Source: an uncultured Candidatus Rokubacteria bacterium
GTDB taxonomy: Bacteria; Methylomirabilota; Methylomirabilia; Rokubacteriales; CSP1-6
NCBI GenBank assembly: GCA_963758635.1
Contig: CAVWWD010000003.1
Coordinates: forward strand, 320,001 to 384,000
DNA length: 64,000 nucleotides
Direction: 5' to 3'
Shown here in pieces: positions 11,840 to 22,213 of the stretch. Under the pieces are notes generated by a model, which saw only the letters and a program-made list of their open reading frames with translations, searched no databases and was not told where the DNA came from. How positions within the stretch are numbered: the first letter of the stretch is position 1; each line of letters begins with the position of its first letter. Made by a program: the position numbers and the translations under genes.

Positions 11840-12768
11840 ATGCTCGCCAAGCGCGTCATCCCCTGCCTCGACGTCCAGGGCGGCCGCGTCGTCAAGGGCG
11901 TCCGGTTCGTCGAGCTCCGGGACGCCGGCGACCCGGTCGAGGCGGCCCGCGCGTACGACGCGCAGGGCGCCGATGAGCTGGTGTTCCTCGACATCGCGGC
12001 CTCGCACGAGGGGCGCGCCACCATGCTCGACGTCGTGCGCCGGACCGCGGAGGGCGTGTACATGCCGGTGACGGTGGGCGGCGGCGTCGGGAGCCTGGAC
12101 GACGTCCGGACGCTGCTCCGCGCCGGCGCCGACAAGGTCTCGCTGAACACCGCGGCCCTCGCGCGTCCCGAGCTGATCATGGACGCCGCGCGCGCGTTCG
12201 GCAGCCAGTGCATCGTGGTGGCCATCGACGCCAAGCGCGAGGCTGTGGCAGTGCGAAGCGAGCCGAAGGCGAGCGGAGCGCACGTGGCAGTGCGAAGCGA
12301 GCCGAAGGCGAGCGGAGCGCACGTGGCAGTGCGAAGCGAGCCGAAGGCGAGCGGAGCGCACATGGAAATGCCGTGGAAACGACCGGCGGCCGAGGGGAGG
12401 GGCTGGAGCCGCCGCGCTGGGGCGTCTACACGCACGGCGGCCGGCGCCCCGCGGGCCGCGACGCGCTCGCGTGGGCCCGTGAGGTCGAGACGCTCGGCGC
12501 CGGCGAGATCCTGCTGACGAGCATGGACCGCGACGGCACCGGCGCCGGCTACGACCTCGAGCTGACGCGCGCGGTGTCCGAGGCGGTCGGCATTCCCGTG
12601 ATCGCCTCCGGGGGCGCGGGAACGCTGGCCCACCTGGCCGACGGCGTCACCGAGGGCAAGGCGGACGCCGTGCTCGTGGCCTCGATCTTCCACTTCGGGC
12701 AGCACACGGTGGGCGAGGCCAAGCGCTACCTCCGGGAGCGCGGCGTGCCCGTGCGGATCGACACATGA
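11840..12768 (+). CDS. hisF: Imidazole glycerol phosphate synthase cyclase subunit, with an internal repeat insertion and a frameshift near 12385-12405
   Basis: [12 protein letters not shown]...VAIDAKR in one frame; WGVYTHGG...[14 protein letters not shown]...PVIASGG in another. Confidence 0.95.
12245..12384 (+). repeat. Family C repeat inside hisF: 3 x 39 bp plus tail
   Basis: GTGGCAGTGCGAAGCGAGCCGAAGGCGAGCGGAGCGCAC at 12245, 12284 and 12323, followed by ATGGAAATGCCGTGGAAACGACC. Confidence 0.95.
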
Positions 12769-13424
12769 GCCTGCCCGTCGACCTCGCGTGGGGGCTCGAC
12801 GGGCTCATGCCCGCCGTGGTGCAGGAGGCCGAGACCGGCGAGGTGCTGATGCTCGCGTGGATGGACCGGGGCGCGCTCGAGGCCACGCTCGCCACCGGCG
12901 CCGCGCACTACTGGTCGCGGTCCCGCTGGGGCCCCTGGCGGAAGGGCGAGACGTTCGGGCACGTCCAGCACGTCGACAGCGTGTTCACGGACTGCGACCG
13001 CGACGCGCTGCTGCTCCAGGTCCACCAGGAAGGCGTCGCCTGCCACACCGGCGCCCGCGCGTGCTTCTTCGCGCGTCTGTCCGGCGGCGAGACGCCGGCC
13101 GCGGGCGCGCCGGGCCCCGCCACCCTCGAGGTGGTCGAGCGCGTGGTCCAGTCGCGCAAGGCCGAGCGCCCCCAGGGCTCCTACGTCGCGACCCTCCTCG
13201 AGCGCGGGGAGGCGGTGATCTGCCGCAAGGTCGGCGAGGAGGCCACGGAGGTGATCACCGCGGCGCTGGGCGGCGAGGGCGACGAGCGGCTCGTCTCCGA
13301 GGTCGCCGACCTCTGGTTCCACTGCATGGTCCTCCTCGGTGGCCGGGGCATCCCGCTGAGGCGGGTCTTCGCCGAGCTGGCTCGCCGTCACGCCACGCGC
13401 GGGCCTCACGGTGCCGCGGGCTGA
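12765..13424 (+). CDS. hisI: Bifunctional phosphoribosyl-AMP cyclohydrolase / phosphoribosyl-ATP diphosphatase (HisIE)
   Basis: [24 protein letters not shown] and EVADLWFH motifs. Confidence 0.96.
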   Translation: MSLPVDLAWGLDGLMPAVVQEAETGEVLMLAWMDRGALEATLATGAAHYWSRSRWGPWRKGETFGHVQHVDSVFTDCDRDALLLQVHQEGVACHTGARACFFARLSGGETPAAGAPGPATLEVVERVVQSRKAERPQGSYVATLLERGEAVICRKVGEEATEVITAALGGEGDERLVSEVADLWFHCMVLLGGRGIPLRRVFAELARRHATRGPHGAAG

Positions 13425-13953
13425 CCTGGTCCGGGACAGGCGCCGGCGCGGCGTGGGGCTCGCGCTGGCGTGGGCGGCGCTCGTGGGCGTCGTGGGCTGC
13501 CAGTCGTCCCGGATCGAGGGCGGCGAGTTCCGCTCGGACAAGGGCTACCGCGTCACGCTGCCGGGACCCGCGTGGCGCCCCGACCCCGGCCGTCGCGGCG
13601 AGGCCGACCTCACGCTGACCCGCGAGACGCCGCGCGCGGGCATGCTGGCCGACGCCACGTGCGAGACGCGAGGGACCGACCGCCCCCTGCGCGTGCTCTC
13701 CCGTCAGCTCGTGTTCGGCCTCACCCACCGGAGCGTCGAGCCGCCCGAGCCGGTGACGATCGCCGGCCGCGAGGGCCTGCGCTCGGTGACGCGCGGCGCG
13801 CGCGACGGGACCGAGGTGCAGGTGGAGGCGGTGGTGCTCAAGGACGCGCGCTGCGTGTACGATTTCCTGTACGTGGCCCCGGTGGACGTGTTCGAGGCCG
13901 GCCGGCCGGATTTTCGAGCCTTCGTCGAGAGCTTCCGGAACGATCCACGATGA
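13411..13953 (+). CDS. Hypothetical lipoprotein (start uncertain)
   Basis: Hydrophobic stretch ending LVGVVGC; overlaps hisIE and mlaE; coding-like codon use. Confidence 0.7.
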   Translation: MPRADLVRDRRRRGVGLALAWAALVGVVGCQSSRIEGGEFRSDKGYRVTLPGPAWRPDPGRRGEADLTLTRETPRAGMLADATCETRGTDRPLRVLSRQLVFGLTHRSVEPPEPVTIAGREGLRSVTRGARDGTEVQVEAVVLKDARCVYDFLYVAPVDVFEAGRPDFRAFVESFRNDPR

Positions 13954-14744
13954 GCGTGCCGTCGACGACCATGCTGGGCTACCTGCGTGCCCAGGGCCGC
14001 GAGGCGGTGGCGTGGTACGGAGGGCTCGCCCTCCTCTCCGCCCAGGTCGCCCGCAACCTGGCCCTGCCCCCGGCCTACCTCGAGCTGGTGGCCCGCCAGA
14101 TGGACGTGATCGGCGTGCGGTCGGTGGGCGTGGCCCTGGTCGCCGCGCTGTTCACCGGCATGGTCCTGGCCCTCCAGACCGCGGTGAACATGGCCCGGTT
14201 CGGCGCCGAGAACTACGTGGGGCCCGTGGTGGCGCTGTCGATCCTGCGCGAGCTGGGGCCGGTGCTGACCGCGATCCTGGTGGGCGGCAAGATCGCCTCG
14301 GGCATCACCGCCGAGCTGGGGTCGATGCAGGTCACCGAGCAGATCGACGCGCTGCGCGCGCTGGGCGTGAACTACGTCAAGCGGCTGGTGGTGCCGCGGA
14401 TCATCGCCGCGCTGATCGTGTTTCCCCTCGTCACCGTGCTCGCCGACGGCGTCGGGCTCCTGGGCGGCATGCTGGTCGTGGTGTTCGAGCGCGACGTGGA
14501 CCCGTACCTCTACTGGAACACCATCGCCTACTGGGTCGTCATCAAGGACTTCCTGATGGGGGTGGCCAAGAGCGTCGTCTTCGGGATCATCGTGACGCTG
14601 ATCGGCTGCCACAACGGGCTGGACACCGCGGGCGGCACGGAGGGCATCGGACGCTCCACCACCGACACGGTGGTCCAGGTGGCCATGGCCGTGATCATCT
14701 CGGACTTCTTCCTGACCAAGCTGCTCATCTTCCTCTTCTGGTGA
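13950..14744 (+). CDS. MlaE-family ABC transporter permease
   Basis: LRELGPVLTAIL, AELGSMQVTEQIDAL and GGTEGIGRSTT motifs. Confidence 0.95.
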   Translation: MSVPSTTMLGYLRAQGREAVAWYGGLALLSAQVARNLALPPAYLELVARQMDVIGVRSVGVALVAALFTGMVLALQTAVNMARFGAENYVGPVVALSILRELGPVLTAILVGGKIASGITAELGSMQVTEQIDALRALGVNYVKRLVVPRIIAALIVFPLVTVLADGVGLLGGMLVVVFERDVDPYLYWNTIAYWVVIKDFLMGVAKSVVFGIIVTLIGCHNGLDTAGGTEGIGRSTTDTVVQVAMAVIISDFFLTKLLIFLFW

Positions 14745-14745
14745 C

Positions 14746-15490
14746 ATGGCTCCCCTGGTCGAGGTGCGCGAGGTGTGGAAGTCGTTCGACGGCCGGCCCG
14801 TGCTGCGCGGGATCAGCCTCGACCTGGTCAAGGGCACGACGCTCGCGGTGATGGGCGGCAGCGGCAGCGGCAAGACCGTGCTCCTGCGCATCATCGAGGG
14901 CCTGATCCGGCCCGACGCGGGCACGGTGGCGCTCTTCGGCACGCGCATCGACAACATGCGGGAGGAGCAGATGCTCCCCGTGCGGCGGCGCACCGGGTTC
15001 GTGTTCCAGGGCGCGGCGCTGTTCGACTCGATGTCCGTGTTCGAGAACGTCGCCTTCCCGTTGCGCGAGCACACGCGCCTGTCGCTCGGCGAGATCACCG
15101 ACCGCGTGCACCGCTTCCTCGGGCTGGTGGGCCTCTCGGGCCGGGACGACGTGCTCCCCGCGGAGCTGTCCGGCGGGATGCGCAAGCGCGTGGGAATCGC
15201 GCGCGCGCTCGTCACCGAGCCGGAGGTCGTGTTCTTCGACGAGCCCACCGCGGGGCTCGATCCCACCAACGCGCGGCTCGTCGGCGAGCTCATCGCCGAG
15301 CTCCGCGCGGGCGTGGCCGACACCGCCATCGTCGTCACCCACGACATCGAGTTCGCGGACATGGTGGCGGACGCCATGGCCATCCTGTACCACGGCCAGT
15401 TCGCGGCCATCGGCACTCCCGGCGGAGATCCACGCCTCCGGCAACGACGCCGTCCGGAAGTTCCTCGCCGGGGAGCTGCGCGAAGGATGA
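14746..15490 (+). CDS. MlaF-family ABC ATP-binding protein; apparent frameshift near 15420
   Basis: GGSGSGKT, FQGAALFDSM, LSGGMRKRV and DEPTAGLDP motifs; the tail EIHASGNDAVRKFL is in the adjacent frame and ends at 15490. Confidence 0.93.
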
Positions 15491-15540
15491 GCGGCGTGGC
15501 GACGCGACGGCCGACGGCCCGTGGGGCACGGGGACGCTGA

Positions 15541-15619
15541 TGAGTCTCGCAGAATACGGTAACCGCCACGGGCCTCTACAATCCCACCTGTGCGGCGTTC
15601 GTCTGACGCGCGAGGCTCA
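15541..15619 (+). mobile_element. MITE-like family B copy (79 bp)
   Basis: TGAGTCTCGC...GCGAGGCTCA TIRs; flanks CTGA/ATAG. Confidence 0.9.
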
Positions 15620-15623
15620 ATAG

Positions 15624-16940
15624 ATGGAACGCGGCATCCTCGCGCTGCGGCTCCGCATCGGCGCCTTCGTGGTGGTGGCGATCGTGGTGTTCCTGGGCAT
15701 CATCTATCTCCTCGGCGCCCAGGCGCGGTACTTCGAGCGGAAGTACGACCTCGTCGCCGAGTTCCCCGAGGTCGGGGGCCTGATCGACGGCGCCACCGTC
15801 CGCCTCGCCGGGGTGCAGATCGGCCGTGTCACGGACGTGCAGCTCGCCCCGCAGGTGGGCGGCAAGGTCCGCGTGACGCTCACGGTGGCCCGCCGGTTCC
15901 AGGACCGGATCCGCAAGAACTCCGAGGCACGGATCGTGACCCAGGGCCTGCTCGGCGACAAGCTGGTCGAGATCAGCCCCGGGTCGCCGGAGTACCCGCC
16001 GCTCGCCCCCGGCAACGTCATCGCGAGCGAGGAGCCGGTCGAGACGAGCCGGATCTTCGGCGAGGCGGCGAAGACCCTGGCCACGGTCAACCGGCTCGCC
16101 GGCGCGGTCCAGGGGATGGTGGAGAAGCTCGAGAAGGCCGGGACGGCGGAGAACCTCGCCGCCACCGTCGAGTCGGCGCGGCGCGTGGCGGCGCAGCTCG
16201 ACGCGATGGGGCGTGACGGCACCTACGGCGAGCTGGCGGCGACCGTGCGATCGGCGCGGCGGATCGCCGAGGAGGTGGAGAAGGGCAAGGGCCTGCTCCA
16301 CGCCCTGGTGTACGACGAGCCGGAGACGCTCCGACGGCTCAACGCGTTGCTCGGGTCCGCCCAGGACGTCCTCGCGCGCACGCGCGACGGCCAGAGCGCG
16401 GTGGGGGTCCTCCTCTCCCCGGACAGCGCCCGGGCCGGACGCTCCCTCGTGATGGCCATGGAGGCGCTCGGCCGTGGGGCCGACAAGGCGAGCCAGGAGG
16501 GCGGGCTCCTGTCCGCGCTCCTGTACGACCCTCAGTACAAGACCGTGGCCGGCGACCTGCAGGTCGTCGCCCGGAACTTCCGCGACGTCTCCGAGCGGCT
16601 CGCCCGCGGGCAGGGGCTGCTCGGCGGGCTCCTGGCCGATCGCGGGGACGGGCCGATGGGCGAGGCGGGCGCCGACTTCGCGCGCGCCATGTCCAACCTG
16701 CGCGTCATCACCGACCGCCTGCGCGCGGGCGAGGGGACGATCGGCGGCCTCCTCGAGGACCCGACCGTCTACGAGAACCTGGCCGCGTTCCTCGAGGGCG
16801 CGCAGCGAAGCTTCCTGCTGCGCACGCTGATCCGCTCGAGCATCGGCGCCGGCGGCGCGCCCACGGGCGGCGCCTCCACCGGGAGCGCGTCGCCCGGGAG
16901 CGCCTCCCCCGGGGCCGCCCCGGGCGCGGGGAAGCAGTGA
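15624..16940 (+). CDS. MlaD/MCE-family protein with long helical C-terminal region
   Basis: N-terminal TM segment, GLIDGATVRLAGVQIGRV, TQGLLGDKLVEI, and repeated GLL..LLYD / GTIGGLLED motifs. Confidence 0.93.
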   Translation: MERGILALRLRIGAFVVVAIVVFLGIIYLLGAQARYFERKYDLVAEFPEVGGLIDGATVRLAGVQIGRVTDVQLAPQVGGKVRVTLTVARRFQDRIRKNSEARIVTQGLLGDKLVEISPGSPEYPPLAPGNVIASEEPVETSRIFGEAAKTLATVNRLAGAVQGMVEKLEKAGTAENLAATVESARRVAAQLDAMGRDGTYGELAATVRSARRIAEEVEKGKGLLHALVYDEPETLRRLNALLGSAQDVLARTRDGQSAVGVLLSPDSARAGRSLVMAMEALGRGADKASQEGGLLSALLYDPQYKTVAGDLQVVARNFRDVSERLARGQGLLGGLLADRGDGPMGEAGADFARAMSNLRVITDRLRAGEGTIGGLLEDPTVYENLAAFLEGAQRSFLLRTLIRSSIGAGGAPTGGASTGSASPGSASPGAAPGAGKQ

Positions 16941-16962
16941 CCCGCGCTTCCGGTCGAGGCTG

Positions 16963-18324
16963 ATGCCCCGCGAGCGATCGGTCTATCGCTGCCAGACCTG
17001 CGGCTTTGCCGCGCCCAAGGCCGGCACCTGCCCGGACTGCGCTCGGCAGGGCAGCTACGTGGCGCTCGTGGAGGAGCGCGTCGCGCCTGCGCGCTCGGCG
17101 CGGCCCGTCGCGCCGACCCGCGAGCGGCCGATCCCGTTCGGCGAGCTCCCGATCGAGGCCGGCGACCGCGCGACCACGGGCATCGGCGAGCTGGACCGCG
17201 TGCTGGGCGGCGGAGTCGTGAAGGGCTCGCTGGTGCTGGTCGGCGGCGATCCCGGCGTGGGGAAGTCCACGCTGCTCCTCGCGGCGAGCCAGGCCCTCGC
17301 CTCGCTCATGGGGCCCGTGCTGTACGTCTCGGGCGAGGAGTCGGCGGGGCAGGTGAAGATGCGCGCGGACCGGCTGGGCGTCGGCGCGGCCACGCTCTAC
17401 TTCCTGGCCGAGACCGATCTCCGCGCGATCGAGGCTCACGTGGCGACGCTCGCGCCGCGCGCCGTCGTGATCGACTCGATCCAGACCATGTTCCTGCCCG
17501 ACCTCGAGTCCGCGCCGGGCAGCGTCAGCCAGGTGCGCGAGTGCGCGGCCCGGCTCATGACGCTCGCGAAGTCGCAGGGCGTGGCCACGTTCCTGGTCGG
17601 GCACGTGACCAAGGACGGGGCGATCGCGGGCCCGCGGGTGCTCGAGCACCTCGTGGACACGGTCCTCTACTTCGAGGGCGAGCGCCATCACGCGTACCGG
17701 GTGCTGCGGGCGGTGAAGAACCGCTTCGGATCGACCAACGAGATCGGCGTGTTCGAGATGGCCGAGAGCGGCCTCCTGGAGGTCCGGAACCCCTCGGGGC
17801 TGTTCCTTTCCGAGCGCCCGCGCGGCGCGCCCGGCTCGGTCGTCGTCGCGAGCCTCGAGGGCACGCGGCCGCTCCTCCTGGAGGTGCAGGCGCTGGTGGC
17901 CCCGTCGAACTTCGGGACGCCGCGGCGGACGGTGCTGGGCGCGGACTACAACCGCGTGTGCCTGCTGCTCGCCGTGCTCGAGAAGCGCGTGGGCCTGCCG
18001 CTCCAGTCGCAGGACGCGTTCGTGAACGTGGCGGGCGGCGGACGCATCACCGAGCCCGCCGCCGACCTCGGCGTGGCCCTGGCCGCGGCGTCGAGCTACC
18101 TGGACCGGCCGCTGCGGGGCGACCTCGTCGTGATGGGCGAGGTCGGGCTCACCGGCGAGGTGCGGGCGGTGACGGCGCTGCCGGCACGGCTGAAGGAGGC
18201 GGCGGCGCTCGGCTTCAGCGGGGCCGTGGTGCCGCAGAACAACCTCGTCGCCGGCGCCGCGTATCCCCTGGAGGTGCAGGGCGTGGCCACGCTCGACGAG
18301 GCGGTCAAGACCCTCCTTGGGTGA
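16963..18324 (+). CDS. radA: DNA repair protein RadA/Sms
   Basis: CxxC...CxxC, GGDPGVGKSTLL, KNRFG and a Lon-like C-terminal domain. Confidence 0.98.
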   Translation: MPRERSVYRCQTCGFAAPKAGTCPDCARQGSYVALVEERVAPARSARPVAPTRERPIPFGELPIEAGDRATTGIGELDRVLGGGVVKGSLVLVGGDPGVGKSTLLLAASQALASLMGPVLYVSGEESAGQVKMRADRLGVGAATLYFLAETDLRAIEAHVATLAPRAVVIDSIQTMFLPDLESAPGSVSQVRECAARLMTLAKSQGVATFLVGHVTKDGAIAGPRVLEHLVDTVLYFEGERHHAYRVLRAVKNRFGSTNEIGVFEMAESGLLEVRNPSGLFLSERPRGAPGSVVVASLEGTRPLLLEVQALVAPSNFGTPRRTVLGADYNRVCLLLAVLEKRVGLPLQSQDAFVNVAGGGRITEPAADLGVALAAASSYLDRPLRGDLVVMGEVGLTGEVRAVTALPARLKEAAALGFSGAVVPQNNLVAGAAYPLEVQGVATLDEAVKTLLG

Positions 18325-18444
18325 CCCCGAGCTCTGGGGCTGATCGGCGAACTCTGGGCGTGGCAAGGCGCGCGTGAACGATTACAATCTGGGCGGGTTG
18401 GCTTGGCTCGAGCGCGTGCCGGGAGTTCCCGCGGAGGGCTTTCG

Positions 18445-19137
18445 GTGACGGGGCGGCGAGCGCTCGCCGTCGCCGTCGTTCCCGCCGGGGGATCGGGCGT
18501 CCGACTCGGGGCCCGGACCCCGAAGCAATACCTCTCACTCCATGGGGTGCCGTTGCTCGTGCGCACGCTCAGAACGCTGGCCCGGACCCCGTGCGTGGAC
18601 GGTCTCGTGGTCGTGGTGCCGCGAGACCGCGTGGCGGCGACGCGCGCGCTCCTCGCGTCCTCCCGGGTGCCGCGCGTGATCGCGGTGGTGCCGGGCGGCG
18701 CGGAGCGGCAGGAGTCGGTGTGGGAAGGGCTCCAGGCCTGTCCGCCGGAGGCGGAATGGATTCTGGTGCACGACGCGGTCCGTCCGTTCGTCACGCCGGA
18801 CCTCGTCGAGGACGTCCTCGCCGCGGCCCGTGAGACCGGCGCCGCCACGTGCGGCCTTCCCGTCCGCGAGACGGTCAAGCGCGCCCGGGACGGCGTCGTG
18901 GAGTCCACGCTCGACCGCGAGGGCCTCTGGCTGATCCAGACGCCGCAGGCGTTCCGGCGGCCGCTCCTCCGGGAGGCCCACGAGCGCGCGCGCCGCGAGG
19001 GGTATCGCGGCACCGACGACGCCGTGCTCGTGGAGCGGCTGGGGAGGCCGGTGGGCATCGTGCCGGGCTCGCCGCAGAACCTGAAGGTCACGACGAGGGA
19101 CGACCTGCGGGTCGCCCGGCTCTGGGCGCGCGGATGA
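18445..19137 (+). CDS. ispD: 2-C-methyl-D-erythritol 4-phosphate cytidylyltransferase
   Basis: VPAGGSGVRLG..PKQY, VHDAVRP, QTPQAF and NLKVTT motifs. Confidence 0.96.
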   Translation: MTGRRALAVAVVPAGGSGVRLGARTPKQYLSLHGVPLLVRTLRTLARTPCVDGLVVVVPRDRVAATRALLASSRVPRVIAVVPGGAERQESVWEGLQACPPEAEWILVHDAVRPFVTPDLVEDVLAAARETGAATCGLPVRETVKRARDGVVESTLDREGLWLIQTPQAFRRPLLREAHERARREGYRGTDDAVLVERLGRPVGIVPGSPQNLKVTTRDDLRVARLWARG

Positions 19138-19622
19138 GCCGGATGGGGCTGGGCTTCGACGTGCACCCGTTCGTGGCCGGGCGGCCGCTGGTCCTGGGCG
19201 GCGTCACGGTGCCGTCGCCGCGGGGACTCGACGGGCACTCCGACGCCGACGTGCTCACGCACGCGGTGTGCGAGGCGCTCCTCGGCGCGCTCGCCCTCGG
19301 GGACCTGGGCCGGCTCTTCCCCGACACCGATCCGCGGTACCGCAACGTATCGAGCCTGGCCCTGCTCCGCTCGGTGATCGAGATCGTGCGCGCCAACGGC
19401 GGAGCGCTCGTGAACGTGGACGCCACCGTGGTGTGCCAGTCGCCGCGGCTGGCTCCGTTCCTCCCCGAGATGGCCGTGCGCCTGGCCGAGGCGCTCGGCG
19501 AGGCGCCGGGGCGCGTGAGCGTGAAGGCGAAGAGCCCCGAGCACCTCGGGGCACTCGGGCGTGAAGACGGCATCGCGGCGATGGCGATCGTGTCGGTGCA
19601 CGTCGGCGACCCCGGCCGCTGA
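19134..19622 (+). CDS. ispF: 2-C-methyl-D-erythritol 2,4-cyclodiphosphate synthase
   Basis: GLGFDVH, GHSDADV and GDLGRLFPD motifs. Confidence 0.97.
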   Translation: MSRMGLGFDVHPFVAGRPLVLGGVTVPSPRGLDGHSDADVLTHAVCEALLGALALGDLGRLFPDTDPRYRNVSSLALLRSVIEIVRANGGALVNVDATVVCQSPRLAPFLPEMAVRLAEALGEAPGRVSVKAKSPEHLGALGREDGIAAMAIVSVHVGDPGR

Positions 19623-19639
19623 CGAGACGGCTTCACCGA

Positions 19640-19738
19640 GGAGTCGTGGATCGACGTTGAGACGGCCGCGCATGTGGACGCTGAATCGCGGTGTTGGCCC
19701 GCACGGTGAGGTCAAGGTCCGCGCTGCTTCACAACGTC
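19640..19738 (-). mobile_element. Degenerate family A copy
   Basis: Core GAGACGGCCGCG...AATCGCGGTGTTGGCCCGCACGG...TTCACAACGTC matches the copies at 45349 and 57272; left TIR eroded. Confidence 0.75.
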
Positions 19739-19751
19739 GGAGGAGAGGCTC

Positions 19752-21182
19752 GTGGCGCTCAAGATCTTCAACACGCTGACCCGCAAGAAGGAAGACTTCG
19801 TTCCCCTCGTCGCCGGCGAGGTGAGCATCTACTCGTGCGGGGTCACGGTGTACGACTTCTCGCACGTCGGCCACGCGCGCAAGGAGATCGCCTTCGACGC
19901 GGTCGTCCGCTACCTGCGGTTCAAGGGCTACCGCGTGCGCTTCGTGCGGAACTTCACCGACGTGGACGACCGCATCATCAAGAAGGCCGGGCAGGAGGGC
20001 GTGACCGCGCGCGACGTGTCCGGGCGCTACATCGAGGCCTTCACGCGGGACATGAAGACGCTCGGCGTGATCCCGGCCGACGTCGAGCCCAAGGCCACCG
20101 AGCACGTGCCGCAGATGGTGACGCTGATCGAGGGCCTGGTTCGCGGCGGCTTCGCCTACCCGGTCGACGGCGACGTCTACTACGAGGTGCGGCGGTTCGC
20201 GGAGTACGGCAAGCTCTCGGGCAAGAACCTCGAGGAGCTCCTCGCCGGCGCGCGCGTGGAGGTGGACGAGCGCAAGCGCGACCCGCGCGACTTCGCGCTC
20301 TGGAAGGCGGCGAAGCCGGGGGAGCCGTCGTGGGTGAGCCCGTGGGGGCCGGGGCGCCCGGGCTGGCACATCGAGTGCTCGGCGATGGCCATGCAGTACC
20401 TCGGCAAGACGCTGGACATCCACGGCGGCGGGGAGGACCTGATCTTCCCCCACCACGAGTGCGAGATCGCCCAGTCGGAGGCGGTGACGGGCGAGCCGTT
20501 CGCCCGGGTGTGGATGCACAACGGCATGGTCAACCTGGGCGCCCAGAAGATGTCGAAGTCGCTGGGCAACACCCTCACGATCGAGTCGCTCGCCGCGCGG
20601 CACGATCCCGAGGCCATCCGGCTCTACTTCCTCGGCACGCACTACCGCCACCCGCTGGACTTCGCCGAGGACCGGATCGGCGAGGCGACGCGGGCCCTCG
20701 GCCGGCTGCGCGGGCTCGTCGAGGAAGCCGAGCGCATCGGGGCCCGTGGCACGCCGCCCCCCGGGCCGGACGGCGGCATCTTCGATGAGTGCGCCACCCA
20801 GCGCGCCCGCTTCGAGTCGGCCATGGACGACGACTTCAACACGCCCCAGGCCCTCGGCGTCCTCTTCGACCTGACGCGCCAGCTCCAGACCGCGCGCGCC
20901 GCCCTCGGCGCGGGCCAGGTGGGAGCCGGCGCGTTCCTGATGGGCGTGGGCGAGCTGGTGACGCTGGGCCGTGCCCTCGGCCTGTTGGAGCCGAAGACCC
21001 GGGACGCCGCGCCCGTGGATCCCCAGCTCAAGGCGAAGGTCGAGTCGCTCGTCTGGCTCCGCCAGGAGGCGCGGAAGCAGCGGGACTTCAAGGAAGCGGA
21101 TCGGCTGCGCGAGGAGCTCACCCGGCTGGGGGTCGTGCTCGAGGACACGCGCGACGGCACGACCTGGAAGCTCGGTTCTTGA
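19752..21182 (+). CDS. cysS: Cysteine--tRNA ligase
   Basis: CGVTVYD..HVGH, GRPGWHIECS and KMSKS motifs. Confidence 0.99.
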   Translation: MALKIFNTLTRKKEDFVPLVAGEVSIYSCGVTVYDFSHVGHARKEIAFDAVVRYLRFKGYRVRFVRNFTDVDDRIIKKAGQEGVTARDVSGRYIEAFTRDMKTLGVIPADVEPKATEHVPQMVTLIEGLVRGGFAYPVDGDVYYEVRRFAEYGKLSGKNLEELLAGARVEVDERKRDPRDFALWKAAKPGEPSWVSPWGPGRPGWHIECSAMAMQYLGKTLDIHGGGEDLIFPHHECEIAQSEAVTGEPFARVWMHNGMVNLGAQKMSKSLGNTLTIESLAARHDPEAIRLYFLGTHYRHPLDFAEDRIGEATRALGRLRGLVEEAERIGARGTPPPGPDGGIFDECATQRARFESAMDDDFNTPQALGVLFDLTRQLQTARAALGAGQVGAGAFLMGVGELVTLGRALGLLEPKTRDAAPVDPQLKAKVESLVWLRQEARKQRDFKEADRLREELTRLGVVLEDTRDGTTWKLGS

Positions 21183-21943
21183 GCGAGCGGGACGCCGCGC
21201 CCCTCTTCGGCCGGAACCCGGTGCTGGAGCTGCTCCGGGCCGACAGCCGCCGCGTGGAGGAGATCGCGATCCTCGCCGAGGGCCGGGGCCCCGCGCTCCA
21301 GACGCTGCTCACCCTGGCGCGCCAGCGCGGCGTCAAGGTGTCCTACCGGACCCGGGACCAGCTCTCGGCCATCGCCGGCACCGTCCACCACCAGGGCGTG
21401 GTGGCCCGGGTGGCCGAAGCGGCCTACGTCCCCCTGGCCGATCTCCTGGGCCTGCCCGCCGAGAAGAAGGAGCAGGCGCTCTTCCTGGCCCTCGACCGGA
21501 TCCAGGACCCGCGGAACCTGGGCGCGGTCCTCCGGACCGCGGAGGCCACGGGCGTCCACGGGGTGGTGCTCCCGACCCACCACGCCGTGGGCCTCACGGC
21601 CGCGGTCGCGAAGTCGGCGATGGGCGGGATGGAGCACGTCCCCGTGGCTCGAGAAGCCAACCTGGTGAACGTGCTCGAGGCCATGAAGCAGGAGCAGATC
21701 TGGGTGATGGGCGCGGCCCTCCGGGGAGGCGAGGCGCCGTGGGACGTGGACCTGGCCGTGCCCCTCTGCCTGGTGCTGGGGGGAGAGGGGGAGGGGCTCC
21801 GGCCCCTGGTGGCCCGGACCTGTGATCGCCTCCTGACCTTGCCGATGCGGGGCAAGCTCGGGTCGCTGAACGTGTCGGCGGCGGCGGCCGTCCTCTGTTA
21901 CGAGGTGCTGCGGCAGCGATCAGGTAGGAGAATTTCCTCTTGA
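21179..21943 (+). CDS. rlmB: 23S rRNA Gm2251 2'-O-methyltransferase
   Basis: FGRNPVLE, HQGVVA, IQDPRNLGA, GGEGEG and SLNVS motifs; TTG start overlaps the cysS stop. Confidence 0.94.
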   Translation: MSERDAAPLFGRNPVLELLRADSRRVEEIAILAEGRGPALQTLLTLARQRGVKVSYRTRDQLSAIAGTVHHQGVVARVAEAAYVPLADLLGLPAEKKEQALFLALDRIQDPRNLGAVLRTAEATGVHGVVLPTHHAVGLTAAVAKSAMGGMEHVPVAREANLVNVLEAMKQEQIWVMGAALRGGEAPWDVDLAVPLCLVLGGEGEGLRPLVARTCDRLLTLPMRGKLGSLNVSAAAAVLCYEVLRQRSGRRISS

Positions 21944-21968
21944 CTATGCGTAACCTCGAAACTAATGT
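21940..21968 (+). promoter_or_regulatory. sigma70 promoter of the tRNA-tuf operon
   Basis: TTGACT-17 nt-TAATGT, 14 nt upstream of tRNA-Thr. Confidence 0.75.
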
Positions 21969-21982
21969 GAAGTTTTGCGACT

Positions 21983-22057
21983 GCTGGCGTAGCTCAGGGG
22001 TAGAGCAACTGCCTTGTAAGCAGTGGGTCGGGGGTTCAAATCCTCCCGCCAGCGCCA
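21983..22057 (+). tRNA. tRNA-Thr(TGT)
   Basis: Acceptor stem GCTGGCG/CGCCAGC, anticodon loop CTTGTAA, GTTCAAAT, encoded CCA. Confidence 0.97.
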
Positions 22058-22091
22058 GCTTTTCCGGGAGGTTAGCCGTCGGGCACGGGCC

Positions 22092-22177
22092 GGGGAGATA
22101 CCCAAGTGGCCAAAGGGGGCAGACTGTAAATCTGCTGGCGGACGCCTTCGGGGGTTCAAATCCTCCTCTCCCCACCA
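22092..22177 (+). tRNA. tRNA-Tyr(GTA)
   Basis: Acceptor stem GGGGAGA/TCTCCCC, anticodon loop CTGTAAA, long variable arm, encoded CCA. Confidence 0.97.
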
Positions 22178-22213
22178 GCCCAGCTCGGGGGCGTGATGGC
22201 GGCTCGGGGGCGA

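Noticed and set aside
7605..13424. Missing hisC and hisZ as an incomplete histidine pathway
   Set aside because: Both genes are often located elsewhere, so absence from one window is uninformative.
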